Origin: Macrostomum lignano
Lineage: Eukaryota
NCBI GenBank assembly: GCA_002269645.1
Contig: NIVC01002855.1
Coordinates: 1-61,808 of the forward strand
Length of the DNA: 61,808 nt
Direction: 5' to 3'
Shown in pieces: positions 34,110-46,679 of this stretch. Positions within the stretch are counted from its first letter, which is position 1. Each line of letters starts with the position of its first letter. Below the pieces are notes generated by a model. It was given only the letters and a program-made list of their open reading frames with translations. It was not told where the DNA came from and made no database searches. A program made the translations under genes and the position numbers.

Positions 34110-34400
34110 GGATGCTTGCTATCTGGGTGGATGCTTCAACATCTGGGGGATGCTTGCTATCTGCAGAATGGTTGCTATCTGGGTGGATGCTTCTATCTGG
34201 CGGATGCTTGCTATCTGGGGTGATGCTTGCTATCTGGGGTGATGCTTGCTATCTGGGGTGATGCTTGCTATCTGGGGGATGCTTGCTATCTGCAGATGCT
34301 TGCTATCTGGGGTGATGCTTGCTATGAGCATTAGGGGATGCTTGCTATCTGCGGTTGCTTACTTTTGGAGGGGGGTGCTTGCTATCTAGGGGGATGCTTG
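34110..34400 (+). repeat. ~19-bp minisatellite GATGCTTGCTATCTGGGGT
   Basis: About a dozen direct degenerate units. Confidence 0.9.
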
Positions 34401-34809
34401 CTGTCTTGGGAATATTTTGTATTTAGCGGGAATGTCTGTTATCTTTGTGAAAATTATATTTTGTTGTCTTCTGTTAATTTTAGAAAAAAGAGATTCATAG
34501 CAAATATCATAGTCCGTGTCAAATTTACACTGAATGTGATTTTTAAAAGTGAAGAAGGAATTGGTCTTTAAGAAAATTTGCTTTTTTAATTGTTTTCCAT
34601 GAACTATTTTTGCTTCTTGCTTATTGGGCGCCCCGAAGGGGGGCCGCACTAGATTGCTTGTATAGAGCTATATTTCCTATGTCTGCGAAATTGGATTCAG
34701 ACAGCAAATTTCGGTTATCCGCTAGTAATGATTGGATACCGTAAACCAATCCGATGTAAAACATTCAAGGAATTAGCACTTTCAAGCGCTGCTTTGATCA
34801 TCTTGAAGG

Positions 34810-35010
34810 ACATTATTCTCTTCTGAAAGGTGTGTAAGCCCTGCAGCTACAGTAATTCCCAGCAGCCAGGACATTCCCAGGACATTATTCTCTTCTAAAG
34901 GGTGTGTAAGCCATGCAGCTACAGTAATTCCCAGCAGCCAGGACATTCCCAGGACATTATTCTCTTCTAAAGGGTGTGTAAGCCATGCAGCTACAGTAAT
35001 TCCCAGCAGC
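34810..35010 (+). repeat. 72-bp tandem repeat, ~3 copies
   Basis: CATTATTCTCTTCT...CTACAGTAATTCCCAGCAGC repeated; 24-aa periodicity in the ORF track. Confidence 0.88.
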
Positions 35011-35851
35011 AGTGTATCCCAGCTGTGAACTGTTTTTAAACTGTACAATAAACAAGTTTTTGCTAAGAAAATGTCTATGCACAACACAATTTTGCTAAAT
35101 GAATTTATATAAGTAGTAGCCCTGAAATCTGTATTTATGTAGGTTAAATAAAAAGTTTAATGCATTCGCTTTATCTCAAGTAGCTCCTACGCTCGTACGA
35201 GTGTACCGCAAGCTATGAGTAGGCTACAGTTCTGTTCACGACAGGGAAACTGTTTTGAATAGAGGCTAGCTCTTTCGCAGCTCATAGGCCAAAGCCTTCT
35301 ATAATCATGAACACGTTTTCCGGCCTCGTGCTTTGCTTTTTGTTTACTGTATCTTCACGAAATAATACACATCTACCTTAATTAGCTGAAGAAGAGCAAT
35401 ATTTGCGCTGCAGAAAACACCCTGTGATATCACAGCATCTGTAGAAGTGTAGCAATAACACAAAGAAATATATTTATATAATTCCTTTGCACAATCGTAA
35501 GTTTAATATGCAAAATTATATGCAGCTAAGAATAATTCAGAAATTTAAACTTGAGTGGCACCTTTCAAAGTGCGGGTGCTAAACTCGCGGGTAAAATTAG
35601 CAGGATACGATACACTGTTGGTTGATTTTCGTTAGTAATTTAGCAGGAGGGCACTGCCGTAATCAAGGCGACAGACGGATACGTACGCAGGCACCCGCTC
35701 CCACAAGGTGTACTGCGGTTATGACTTTCGCATCGTCATCAGGCATGCATTAAAACCTCGGCAACTGCATTTAGCTACCGAGGTACATAAACTACATGTG
35801 CGAGCTACGAGTTTAAAGACTTAGCAAATACACACTGTATGTTTTTAGCCT

Positions 35852-36040
35852 AGGGAGTTGCAGCCAAATGGTTAGTCCGTCGGACTCACGACTGAAAGGT
35901 CGGGGGTTCGATTCGAGACTCACTCAGAGCAATCTGTGTCCTTGAGCAAACACTTAACTCTGCATTGCTTCAGCCAGCTGTAAAATGGGTGCCAGTATCC
36001 CTGGGGTAACTGAGGGTGTGTTTGGCGACCCCCCAGTCCT
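35852..36040 (+). mobile_element. tRNA-derived SINE with CORE-like domain
   Basis: A box CAGCCAAATGG and B box GGTTCGATTC, followed by GTGTCCTTGAGCAAACACTTAAC...CTGTAAAATGGG (MIR/CORE-like). Confidence 0.72.
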
Positions 36041-36715
36041 TGGTTCTTTAGTCTTTCGTTCCAACGTTGCTTGCATGTGACACAATTTCGCATGTTATTT
36101 GCGAATGCAAATGAACCATAGGACTACAGCTCTTCATATTGAAGCTTTTGAAATTTCTTTTCCCAGACTCGCATTCACCCTCCTTGGCTTCAACTCACGA
36201 CTTATTTGGGGCTCCCAATAAAATAAATTTTGTGCCCAATTTTGTGCGGCGCGTAAGAAAACCAGCACTGTCCAGAGCGCTGGAGGACTTCCTGAAGAGA
36301 CAGGAAATGGTGTGGGCCATCACCCGCTTCCATCATGCAGGCTCAAGAAGATCAAGACAGACGAAACGCAATGAGTAGGTGGCACAGCTCGACCATGTGC
36401 TTGTACGCTTTGGTGAGCATCGCCGGGCCGTCAACTGCCGTGCTAGCATGACGCTGGCTCTGCGGCCCGGCCCGATCATTGACTACTCGTTTGCGACCTT
36501 TGTCTTCAGTTATTGTAGCGACGAGTTTCGGCCTGGTGGTCAACACGCAGGAAACCGTTGTGCTCTTCTTTCTGGACGCCAGCATTGAGGCGCTAACGGA
36601 CAGGCGATGGAACTTCCGCGATGGCAGCAGTTTGTCTGCATCTTGTTCTGGGCTGCCTTTTGTTATATGAGGGCAGTCCTGTAGACTGAAACCCTGGCTG
36701 GGACTCAAAAATGTA

Positions 36716-37740
36716 GGGGTGCTTATTAAGTTCCCGAAAAATGCAGCTTAAAAATTGTGCACATCAAACAAAACTTAATCAGCATTTAGATCTCGCTTTT
36801 CTACGTTCGCTTGTAAGATTTCAACCCAAATCGGTCGCAAAGATGCGCCGCACTAGCCAAAGTTTGGCTGAAAACATGCCCCCTGCCACAGCTGACAGCA
36901 CTGTCCGCGATAGGCGAGTGGCGATCCTGGTCCAGTTTCGGCTGGGCAGCTCTGCGGCCGCCAGCCTCCAGACGCTGCGTGAGGCTCTACAGGATCAAGC
37001 ACCATCCCAGTCGATGATGTACGAGTACGAGTAGTTTCCCTTGCGGCTCGGCCACTCTGGACGTCGATACTCGCGAGGGGCGGCCGAGTTTGGCCGTCTC
37101 CGACGGAGTCGTTGCTGCTGTTCGACGCCATGTGCTATTGAGATCGGCGATTGACGATTCGCTGATTGGAGCAGCTCGTCGGAGTGTTGGATTAAATCAT
37201 CATTAAGATCCTGCACTAGCACTTTGGCATGAGAAAGCTGTCCGCTCGCGTTGCACGCAATGCGAGCCCGCGTTGAGTTTGCCGACCTCGTGGCGGCCAG
37301 GTTTGACGGAGGCTGCTCAAAGTTAGTGGATAACATTTTCGTTGGCGACGAAACCTGACTCTATTATTACGACCCAGAGACCAAGGAGCAGAGTCAGCGG
37401 TGGGTCACCAACAAAGAAGATGCTCTCCTTAAATTTTGTCGCGAGTGCAGCGTCAGCAAAGTGATGGCAACCAAGTTTTTTTCAGTCTTTTTGTCGTTTC
37501 AGCAAGGCACAGTGACGGCAGAATGATACAGCACCGTCTGCTTGTCTCAGGTTCTGCAGGCGCTCGCATAGCAGCGGCCGAAGACGCTTGAGAAAGGTAT
37601 CTTCCTCCACCAGGACAACTCTCTCGTGCACCGGGCACGAGTGACCCAGGTGTTTCTTCAGGCGACCCAGCTGGCAGACCACATCATCCGCGCCGAATGG
37701 TACTGCCCATAGCCGGTGCAGGAGGTGCTCTTACTGATGT
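36716..37740 (+). pseudogene. Mariner element, degraded transposase, right end not found
   Basis: TA then GGGGTGCTTATTAAGTTCCC. Motifs FVGDETxLYYYDPETKEQSQRW and IFLHQDNSLVH, with multiple stops. Confidence 0.82.
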
Positions 37741-38864
37741 TTCAGGCACACTGGGTTTCATCGACTCCCCCCTGCTGGCTGACGCTGGCGCCCCGAGATG
37801 TGGCCTATTTCACGCCAAAGCTTTGAGGCGCGCTCTGTGACACGGTTATGATTATCTACACATATATGACAGGGAATTTCGCTGTCTTTTTCCTTGTTGT
37901 CTGATAAGGAAGCTCTAAACTTTTCACATCTTTGGGAATACGGTAATTCATCCACCCAAATTGAGCTATGTATGATTATTCCGCAGTGATAAACAATGCA
38001 TTGGTTTGGGTGAACCAATATCCGCTGTTGACAGTAAATTAAATATGACTTAATACAGAAAAAATAATTAAAACTAATTGTAGTGAGTATCACGGTAAAT
38101 TTTTATAGATATGATCAAAAACCTGTGCATGCGGCTCAGGTCTTGACTGAGTCCAATTTACTTAAGGTTACTGTCGTGACTACATATACGAGCATAGATA
38201 CGAGACGAATACGATAGATACGTATACGAGAGTGGTAGGGTGCAGTGTGCTAACTAGATGGAAGTGGAAATACTGCTGCGCCAGAATGCTAGAAACGTGC
38301 ACACGCTATTGCACACACTGCTATTCTATGTATGCTGCAGATTAGTTTAAAAATGCAAACTAGGGCAAAACGCTTCTTTGTGAGCAAAATTACGCTCGCC
38401 AAGTATTTGCAGCGAGGTTGCCACCGCGGCTCGTGGCAGTGACAATTGCAAGCTGCACACACTTGAGGGTGGATTGGCTAGTTGTAGGGAGCAGCACTCT
38501 ACAGGGCGCGAGTAAAGCAAAAATGCATTTCTGGAGCTTTTCAAAGGCCATTGTTTCTGCTAAACTAATACGAGCTACCTATAGCTGCTTTAGGCAGAAA
38601 ATCTAAGCGTCCAGCAGACAATGAACCAAGCGTTTCCAAGCTAATTTTTGGGGGTTAGCTGACCGTGACAAACTGGTTAATAAATTCGTGGTTAAGAGAA
38701 GAGAATGAAACGAGCGCAATAGCGCTTGAACCCAGCTGCCTTGACCCCCTCTTTCTATATTTTCAGCAGCAATACTTAAAGCAACCAAGCAGCTTTTGCT
38801 CCTTACATCTCGTGCTTCTCCTACTTTGCGCTGCAAGAAATCTGTTCGCTCGTTTCTGCAGTTT

Positions 38865-40723
38865 ATGATGAATTCGAATCCTATTTTGGCAATGCGCTGG
38901 TGAGTGAGAAACTTTTTTACCAAGGATTGTGATCTGTTTTATTTCACTTGCTAATTGTTTCTGATCCATCAGCTAATTCAAAAACATGTGCACAATAATT
39001 TAGGAGCTCCTCAATTGAAAAAGACTCAGATTCTGGAAGCCTGAAAGACCCAGCGACAAAGAAGATGAAACCGTCCAGGGTAGGTTTTTTCGTAATGGAT
39101 TACATGAATTCAAGTGAATTCAATTCAAGTGAGTTTAATTGAATTATAAGATAAGCATTGTACTACTTATAGGACCCGCAGTCGCACAGGGTTATTGAAA
39201 AGCGGCGCCGCGACCGCATGAACCAGTCTTTGAGCGATCTGAGCCGCCTCATTCCGGCCGCTTATTTAAAAAAGGTATCGAAAGTGCAACTTTTGCCCAG
39301 CCTATCGCATTCACAATTTTGACCCCAAAAACGCCATGGGTTTAACTTTCAGGGCCAGAGTCGAGTCGAAAAGGCTGAGATAATTGAACTTGCGACACAA
39401 CATCTCGTGGCTCTGTCAGCACAGCTGAAAAAATGTGAAGGTAAACGCATAGCACTTATTCAATGCCTTTATTTACTCCCATATTTTAGCGAAATCAAAT
39501 AAAAATGTTTAACAATCATTTCAGCTTCGATGGGTACCGACTTTCCTCGCTCCGAAAGTTCCTGCTGCGTCGGAAAGTTTTTTTTGGGATTCCGAGAAGC
39601 CAGCAAGTCTGCAGTGACCTTTCTCAATGAGCAAGAGGGGCTCAGCAGCAACGACCCTCTGTGCTGCAAACTAAGGGCTCACCTGCAGACTCTGTCTCAG
39701 CGAGTGTTGCCTGGTTAGAAATGAATCTAACAATCTGAATTTTTATTCCTAAGCGTTTATTAACTTTTGTCGTTACTACGATCGCATTGTAACTGCAAGC
39801 ATATGGTTTCACATTATTAAAAAACTTTAAAGCTAAAATTTAGTCTTTTTTTAAGTTACACACACTTGAAAACATCCGCCAAAGTTTCTGGTACTTTATT
39901 TGCAACACAAACAGATGAAGCCACGCCACAACCGACGGCTCCAGCCTCCGAGGCAAAGTCAGGGCCGTCCGAGGAGGCCCAACAATCGTTGCCGGCGCAC
40001 TCCGCTTCCTGCTGCTCCACTGATGAGGCTCACAGTGACGCATCTTTTGATGCGGGTTGTGGCCCCTCCGTCGATGACATCAAAAAAAGCAGGCGTGACC
40101 CAAAAAGAAACTTTAGGGAAAGATTTGAGGTAAGCCAAAGCACTTTTCAAGGCTGGTGCAACCTTTACACAAAATTCATGGCAAAGTAAAGGGGCCTTCA
40201 AACTAGCTCGTAATTTTTTACTTTTAGGATTAATAATTTCCAGTAAGTACATTCAAATAGAAAGTAAATTTTAATTAATATACAATTTCATGGCACTGAA
40301 TGCACCAAAATTGGATTCTGCTTAGAATAAACCACAACACACGAATGTAAAGCACTAGTTCTGAAATTCCTGCAGGCTGAGGTGGCGAAGAGCCGAGAGG
40401 GTCGGAAGCGCCAAGCGGCATCCCCCCTTCCTGAGGCGGGCGAGCGAAGTCCCGACTATCGCGACCGTGTCCGCTTGCTTGGTGGCCTCGGTGAGACTGT
40501 CGAGGAAGCAAACAGGACTGCGAAGCTTCAGGTGGCCGAACTCCTTCTGCCAGGTTTTGTGCTGCATGAGTCGGGCACTTTCTACGAGCCTATGGTGGTG
40601 TCTCAGTCCAGCCTGGGGGTGGAACGGCTGAGCCGATGTGGGAAACCTCTTCACCCCGTTTCCATTCCTGTTAATTTCCGCACAACTAGATTTGTTCGCT
40701 GTCACCTGCCGCCAGATGCTTGA
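38865..40723 (+). CDS. cwo: Clockwork orange-like bHLH-Orange repressor, 7 exons (38865-38899, 39004-39079, 39173-39274, 39353-39440, 39525-39713, 39915-40129, 40376-40723)
   Basis: [42 protein letters not shown]. Orange domain [15 protein letters not shown]...[11 protein letters not shown]. cwo-type C-terminal [15 protein letters not shown]...[13 protein letters not shown] introns in frame. Confidence 0.88.
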
Positions 40724-41413
40724 TATGCTTTGCTGGCCCCGACCGACGAGTTGACTGCGATGTCATACAACTGTAAAGCACAGCTTCGGGTTCCGTTTTA
40801 TTAACCGACCTTATGTTACACTATGTTACATTCTTATGAATTTTTGGCCTATGTTTCAGATCTGTATCATTCTATTTGACAAACAGCAGACAAGCACAAT
40901 ACTGCATGGCGTATGCTTACTCAAATTCCTACTACTGTACAGCAGTGATAAAAAAGCGATTCATAAGAAAAGTGATTCACAAATTTCTTCACGTGAGCCG
41001 AAACAGTTTAAATTTATTAGAAATAGAGAAAGAAGAAAAGTTTACTTTTTTCATACAAATAACTGAAAACGCGCAGCGCATTAGAATCTTCGTTTTTAAG
41101 ATAAAATACAGGTCTTGCTGCTTATGAGATAACTGAAAAAAGCAAAAATATTTCATAAAAACTCAGATTACAAATGCTCTTTTTGTCTGAGCTTGTCTGA
41201 GCTAAAATTGCTCATTTAGGTGCTTGTAAAACGCTGCTGGGTCAGGATACTGGGTGAGGATCTCAGCCAACTAAAAGCGACTGCTTTGAGCGTTAACTTA
41301 ACTGAGTTTAACTACGAGTAATACTGTAGACAAAAATTCTGACGCTCTATAAAACAAACTTGGCCTAGCGAATCTACGAGTACATTTATAAATACAGTAG
41401 TAGTGGGTTGGGC

Positions 41414-43545
41414 CATAGATACTAAATAACCTATAGATGGATGGTTCACTCGTAGCAAAACTCTCTGTTCGGTAGTACGAGTATGAGCATAAAAAGCAAC
41501 ATTTATTTATTCAACTAGCTGTGACTACTTTGGCTAGACCACAAATAAATCGTATGCTTTCTTTCTTTTCTAAATTTCAGTTTAATAATGTTTGCATTAA
41601 TTCATTTAATTGCATTAATAAACTGAAATCTTTCGAATGCGCAAAAGTTAGACACACTGAAAAATTGAAATTATCGACCGTAACCGCAGCGTATAAATTG
41701 TCTTCGCTTGGGGCGGTGTACCTTAAGCAGCTAAAGCCCACCATGAACATCCAACTTAGTGTTAGAGGAGCGAGTGTCCATTTAAGGATTTCTGACCTAT
41801 GTGCTTGCCTCTCAAACTTTGCCATCTAATTTTGCTGCCCATACCTTCTTTATTGCATCATATTGGCTTATTAGAATTCAAAAAATTTATCATCTTTCTG
41901 TGTAACTGCCTAAAGATTCCGATGGTTCGGCGAAAAATGTTGCGCAAACATTAATAAACTGAAACTTGATACAATTAAAGAAAGAAAACATGCAAATGGT
42001 TGGTTTTGCATTCATTCTCCTAACTTTCCTTAAACACTGTAACCTTACCTCCACAAATAATTCCCGTTGTCTACATAATCTTAAGTTAGGCTGTTAATGC
42101 CACTGGTATACTTAGTGATGAATATTTTATTCATTTAGCAAACATTCAAGCAATATTTTTGTTTACTGTAAGTGAGAAAAAAGAACATAAAAACGGGCAA
42201 ATGTTTTTAATACAGTGAAATTATCTTTACCGCAGAGTAAAAGAAAATTAGGTTCTTAAGTTATACTAGTCTGACAAAGTCAGTTGAACTTGATCATCTT
42301 ACGCATGGTCTTCTTTTTCTGAGCTACGAGCAGACAGGTTAGTGCTTCTAATTGTGCCCGGAGGTGTTCCACAAACCGAGCTTCCACACGTGGCTGGATA
42401 TGAAGCTTGGGGGCTATAAACGCGGCCTCCAGCAGTGTCAGGGCTATAAACGCGGCCTCCATCTTCATAAATGCATACGGGATGCAGGTGAGTAGGTTTT
42501 GTGATGGATGTGAGCCTCTGAAGGTGCGGATGTTGTAAGCAGAGAGTTGCACAGCTGACAGTGAAGAACTCGACTTTGCTTTAAGCACATGCCCATCAAC
42601 GTACTCAGCACCGGACCGGACGGACGGCCTATCGGACTCCTTTGAGACATCCTCCGGAGTGCTTCAGGGAGATACGCTGGCGCCGTTCCTGTTCGTCCTG
42701 GTGCTTGACTGGGTGCTGCGGACTGCTCTTCCTACCGACGACGACGGCTTTCTGCTGCGGCGACGTGTGGGTCGACGTCAACCGGAGAAGCGGCTCAGCG
42801 TGCTTGGCTACGCCGACGACCTCGCCCTGCTGTCCTCGACCGTCGAGGGCGCCCAACCCAAGCCCAAGCCATGAAGCGCGCCCTGTGACGCTGACTTTTG
42901 CCATCCTGACAGCGTATTTTGTTGTTATTGTTGTGTACTCAGCAGCTTTCAGCGAGGCATTGCCTGAACCCTGCAAGGAGTCCAGGGTGCTCCAGCTATT
43001 CTTGGAGCAGCTGCAGCTGCTATGATGCCTGCCTGACGTGCTAAATTTCTTAAGTTTGATGGACCCGCTTTGGTAGTCATGCAGTCTTCGGCACAAGAGG
43101 GCAGGCTGCTGTGACGGCAGCCTCGCAGCTGTCATCTTTGCAGTGACTACCAAAGCCTGCCGGACGTCGAGTCAGACTGGACCAGGCCACTGGCAGCCAC
43201 AGACTGCATGGCACCTACGAAGGAGCTGAGCTCTGATCTGTCGTTACAACCGCTGTGCCCGCGGATGGTGCAGAAAGGGTTCTGAAGAGGAGAATCGTGC
43301 GATGCCCTTTGTTTTCTCAATGCAAATTCATACGCATTGCTGCATGGCAAAGAGTCAGTCAAGTTACGTATTAGAGACAGCTGCACCAAGAGCTAGATTG
43401 AAATATCTCAATATTTTTAGGGGAATATAGTCTCACTTTTAATCGATTTTGTGAACTTACCTCTGAGTGAGTCGGCGAGTACACACGTACGCTCGTAGTC
43501 AAAGCGGTAGTCTCGAATGAGAGCAGTGCACAAGTATTGAGCCAT
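41414..43545 (-). mobile_element. P-element/THAP9-like transposon, 5'-truncated, transposase pseudogene 43545-42280
   Basis: FDY..TRR(L)TQ | NPFCTIRGHSGCNDR (intron-split), YAVRMAK and SHPSQNLL motifs. End CATAGATACTAAATA at 41414. Confidence 0.7.
42600..42860 (+). mobile_element. LINE reverse transcriptase fragment inserted in the P-like element
   Basis: SGVLQGDTLAPFLFVLVLDWVLR...LGYADDLALL. Confidence 0.85.
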
Positions 43546-44343
43546 TCTGTTGCAACAAGTGGCATCAGAACTTTGGTCTATCGTGTGATCAGAGGATGTG
43601 TTGCAGACATTTGAATTCGCAAAGCGTCTGAATGACACTTTCGACCTGCTGAACTCTGCGCATCTGTATGGCAAAGGCTTCCATCAGCCGATTCACTGCG
43701 ATAGTCTATATCGGCGCAGATCGACCGCGTCTGACACAGGCTGAAGACGGTGCGGAGCTGGTGCTTTCTCCCACTAAATGGGCACGCTGGTAGCCTACGA
43801 TGGCTTTCAAAGAAGGGTGTGGCTCCTCTTTCTTTCTGCTACCAAACAGCTGTGTGCACTGAGCTCATTCGGGACCACCGCTTTGACTAGGTGTGTACTC
43901 GCCGATTCACTCAAGAACACGTTGAGGTTAGTTCACAAAAGCTATTATAAAAGCGAGACTATACTTTCACAATTTAATATTGAGATATTTCAACCTAACT
44001 CGTTGTGCAGCTGTCTCGAATACGTAACTTCACTCAATTGGTCATGCAGCAATGTGTATGTATTTGCATCGAAAAAACACAGGGCATCGCACGATTCTCC
44101 TCTTCTGAACCCTTTCTGCATTATCCGCGGGCACAATGGTTTTAACGACAGGCCAGAGCTCAGCTAGCTCCTTCGTAGGTACTTACAATTGTGTAGACAA
44201 CGTAAATTATTTGTGCTTTAGCCTAAGTAGTCACAGCTAGTTGAATAAATAAATGTTGCTTTTTACACTCATACTACCGAAGAATAGTTTTGCTAAATAT
44301 ACGAAGTAGTTAAGTGAACCATCTATGGTATTTAGTATCTGTG
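43546..44343 (+). mobile_element. Second P-element/THAP9-like fragment, opposite orientation
   Basis: EFAKRLNDTFDLLNS and RFTQEHVE | NPFCIIRGHNGFNDRP. 44228-44343 is an inverted homologue of 41414-41527. Confidence 0.7.
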
Positions 44344-44929
44344 ATCTGGCTAGATATGTAAAAGGGGTTTTAATAAAATTGACTAAATTTCGGCTGCCAT
44401 AAGATCGCTCCACATCAAGCGATTAACTTCAAAGTTGACACAATTAATTAATTAATCATTGACTCATTCTCTGTCTAAATGTTAAAAGTCTCAACCCTGT
44501 AACTCAATCAGAACAGAAACTGTAAGCATGCGAAGTTTGTCTGCTTTTTCTGGTGTTGGGCCGTTCTCACTTACTCATTCCCACCAGAACAGAGGGTAGG
44601 CCAGTGTCGAAAAAATGTAGCAAAAATAGCAATGTACACAGTGATTTGGAATTTTACTTCGACTTTATTTTACGCCCCAGTCTCCAGTGGTCCAAAAAGC
44701 TTGGTTAGAATTTCTCACCAAACTGTTCTAAGGTTGACCGACTAGCTAGCAGTTTACGAACTAACAGTTTAACACTGGCCGGATGAGCAAGACAGAATCA
44801 ATAAGGCGGCCATGGATTGTACAAGCTAAAAGCGAAAAATCTATGAAATAGTAATACAGTACTACTTTAAGTCATGCAAAATGAAAATTATAACACTGAG
44901 CTTTAAAGGCTCCTAAATTGGCTCCTAGA

Positions 44930-45185
44930 GGGGAAAGAAAGGAGAGAAGGGGGAGAGAAGAGGGCAAAGATGAGAGAAGAGGGCAAAGATGAGAGAAGAG
45001 GGAAGAGAGAAGAGAGGGGAGTAAGAGAAGGAGAGAGAAAAAAGAGGAGAGATCGGAGAGAGGAGAGAGGAGAGAGAAGAGGAGGAGAGATAGAATAGAA
45101 AGAAGAGAGGAGAGAGGAAAGATAAGAAAGCAGAGAGAAGAGAGGAGAGAGAATAGAGCAGAGTAGAGATGAGAAAAGAAAGTAG
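44930..45185 (+). repeat. Polypurine (GA-rich) low-complexity tract at the left break of Polinton copy 2
   Basis: Almost only A/G. Confidence 0.9.
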
Positions 45186-45227
45186 AGCTGTCTGTCATTC
45201 CATTCCTCGTGGCACTCCAACCAATGA

Positions 45228-45416
45228 GATCAATGCTTGCACAAAAAGACATCACATGAGTTCTCAAAGCTACAATCTAAAAACCATATTATTCACACAA
45301 TTCAACAAAAGAAGATTGGACTGTCAGGTGCAGATAACAAAAGATTCATTTTTGATGACAATATCAACAGTCTACCGTTTGGGCACTGGAGGTTAGGTTT
45401 AGGAGGTGGATATTAG
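45228..45416 (+). pseudogene. C-terminal remnant of protein-primed DNA polymerase B (not in ORF track)
   Basis: DQCLHKKTSHEFSKLQSKNHIIHTIQQKKIGLSGADNKRFIFDDNINSLPFGHW matches the pPolB terminal K.GLS..D.KR....D....LP.GH motif. Confidence 0.82.
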
Positions 45417-45440
45417 GCTTAGGAGGTTGGGTTTAGGAGG

Positions 45441-45872
45441 TTGAGATTGGGTTTAGGTTTAAGAGAAAGTTTAATAAACCTCATAAAAATTACGACAAAT
45501 AACTTTCTTGAAGATTTGGCTAACGAACTGGAAATCCCAAACTTTAGAGGAATATTTATGAGGGACACTCTGCCTGATTTTCCTCTAAGAAAAGAATGCG
45601 GCATTATGAACTTTGACACCACCGATAAACCAGGATCTCATTGGGTTTGCTGGGTGATTGATCCCGATCGCAAGCACAAGTGTTATTACTTCGATAGCTA
45701 TGGGACGGCAGTACCAGAAGAGCTAAGAAATTATATGAAGCGAAAAAATAATAAAAAAATTTATCGCTCAGATTTTATTCTCCAAGGTCTTAGCAGTGAT
45801 ATTTGCGGTGAGCTGTGCATGACTGTTTTGTATGCAATGACTAAAACACGAAAGACCTACAAGGAAATTTAG
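45441..45872 (+). CDS. Adenain-like (C5) cysteine protease; start uncertain
   Basis: NFRGIFMRDTLP, GSHWVCW (His), YYFDSYG (Asp) and QGLSSDICGELC (Gln/Cys). Confidence 0.88.
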   Translation: MRLGLGLRESLINLIKITTNNFLEDLANELEIPNFRGIFMRDTLPDFPLRKECGIMNFDTTDKPGSHWVCWVIDPDRKHKCYYFDSYGTAVPEELRNYMKRKNNKKIYRSDFILQGLSSDICGELCMTVLYAMTKTRKTYKEI

Positions 45873-45897
45873 ATTCTTACCTGTGCTTCATAAGGGT

Positions 45898-46449
45898 TCA
45901 TTGTGCATATTTCATCGTCCTTCTTGCCGAATTTTTTGCCGAATTTCTTTCCGCATAATGTTGAAGAAAGTTATCGAGTTCATTTCTCAACTGACTCATG
46001 TCATCAGTACCGACCATGTTCAAGTTCATTCGAATTGATTGGTCATAAAGATCCTTAATGGTTTTGAACTCATCCTCTGAAATGAACTTATCCTCAGTTG
46101 CCCTTGAAACGTACCCTGTGATTGAAGTGTGCACCCCTTTCTCTTTTACTTGCTTCTCCTGTAGCTGTTTTAGTTTTTTTCGCCTGCTCCGCGCTAATGC
46201 TCCAGTAATTGCTGAAATAAGTCCACATGCAGCACCCACAGAGCCGAGCGGGATTGCGATTGGGGCTGTGATGACTGGCAACGTTGAGACAGCCGCAGCA
46301 GATCCAGATACCGGTAGAACAGACACAGATCCTAGAATCATATTGCTGTAGTCGAAAAATTTACAGTGGCTGTTATAGCGCTTAATTTTCTTTGTGTTGT
46401 GGAAAATGTTTTTTTCAATGTCATCTCGCATTTTTTGAATCTCCATCAA
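45898..46449 (-). CDS. Polinton hypothetical protein with hydrophobic hairpin and basic patch
   Basis: 183-aa ORF; two hydrophobic stretches followed by RSRRKKLK; homologues inside the complemented block. Confidence 0.6.
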   Translation of the reverse strand: MMEIQKMRDDIEKNIFHNTKKIKRYNSHCKFFDYSNMILGSVSVLPVSGSAAAVSTLPVITAPIAIPLGSVGAACGLISAITGALARSRRKKLKQLQEKQVKEKGVHTSITGYVSRATEDKFISEDEFKTIKDLYDQSIRMNLNMVGTDDMSQLRNELDNFLQHYAERNSAKNSARRTMKYAQ

Positions 46450-46679
46450 TCGAAATTGTTGAGAGTTACAAGTAATGACGGGGTAAAGTCGGTCTGAATA
46501 TTTACAGTAGGTGCATTCAGATTCGGTGCATCCAGGCTTGGTGCCAGGTTTTGTGTGTTCGAATTCGGTGCCATTGAGTTTGGTGCTGTCGGTATTTTAG
46601 GTTCAGCGTATTGAGACTGATCGTATAGAGAATTTTGTTGGGCCATTTTTTTCCCTAGAAAAATAAAAAAATTATAAAA

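Noticed and set aside
35852-35925. tRNA gene
   Set aside because: A and B boxes are present but there is no closing acceptor stem, and it runs into a CORE-like SINE body. The same applies to 17215-17280.
36139-36708. GC-richer ORF-like stretch next to the mariner
   Set aside because: No recognisable motif or consistent splice pattern in any frame.
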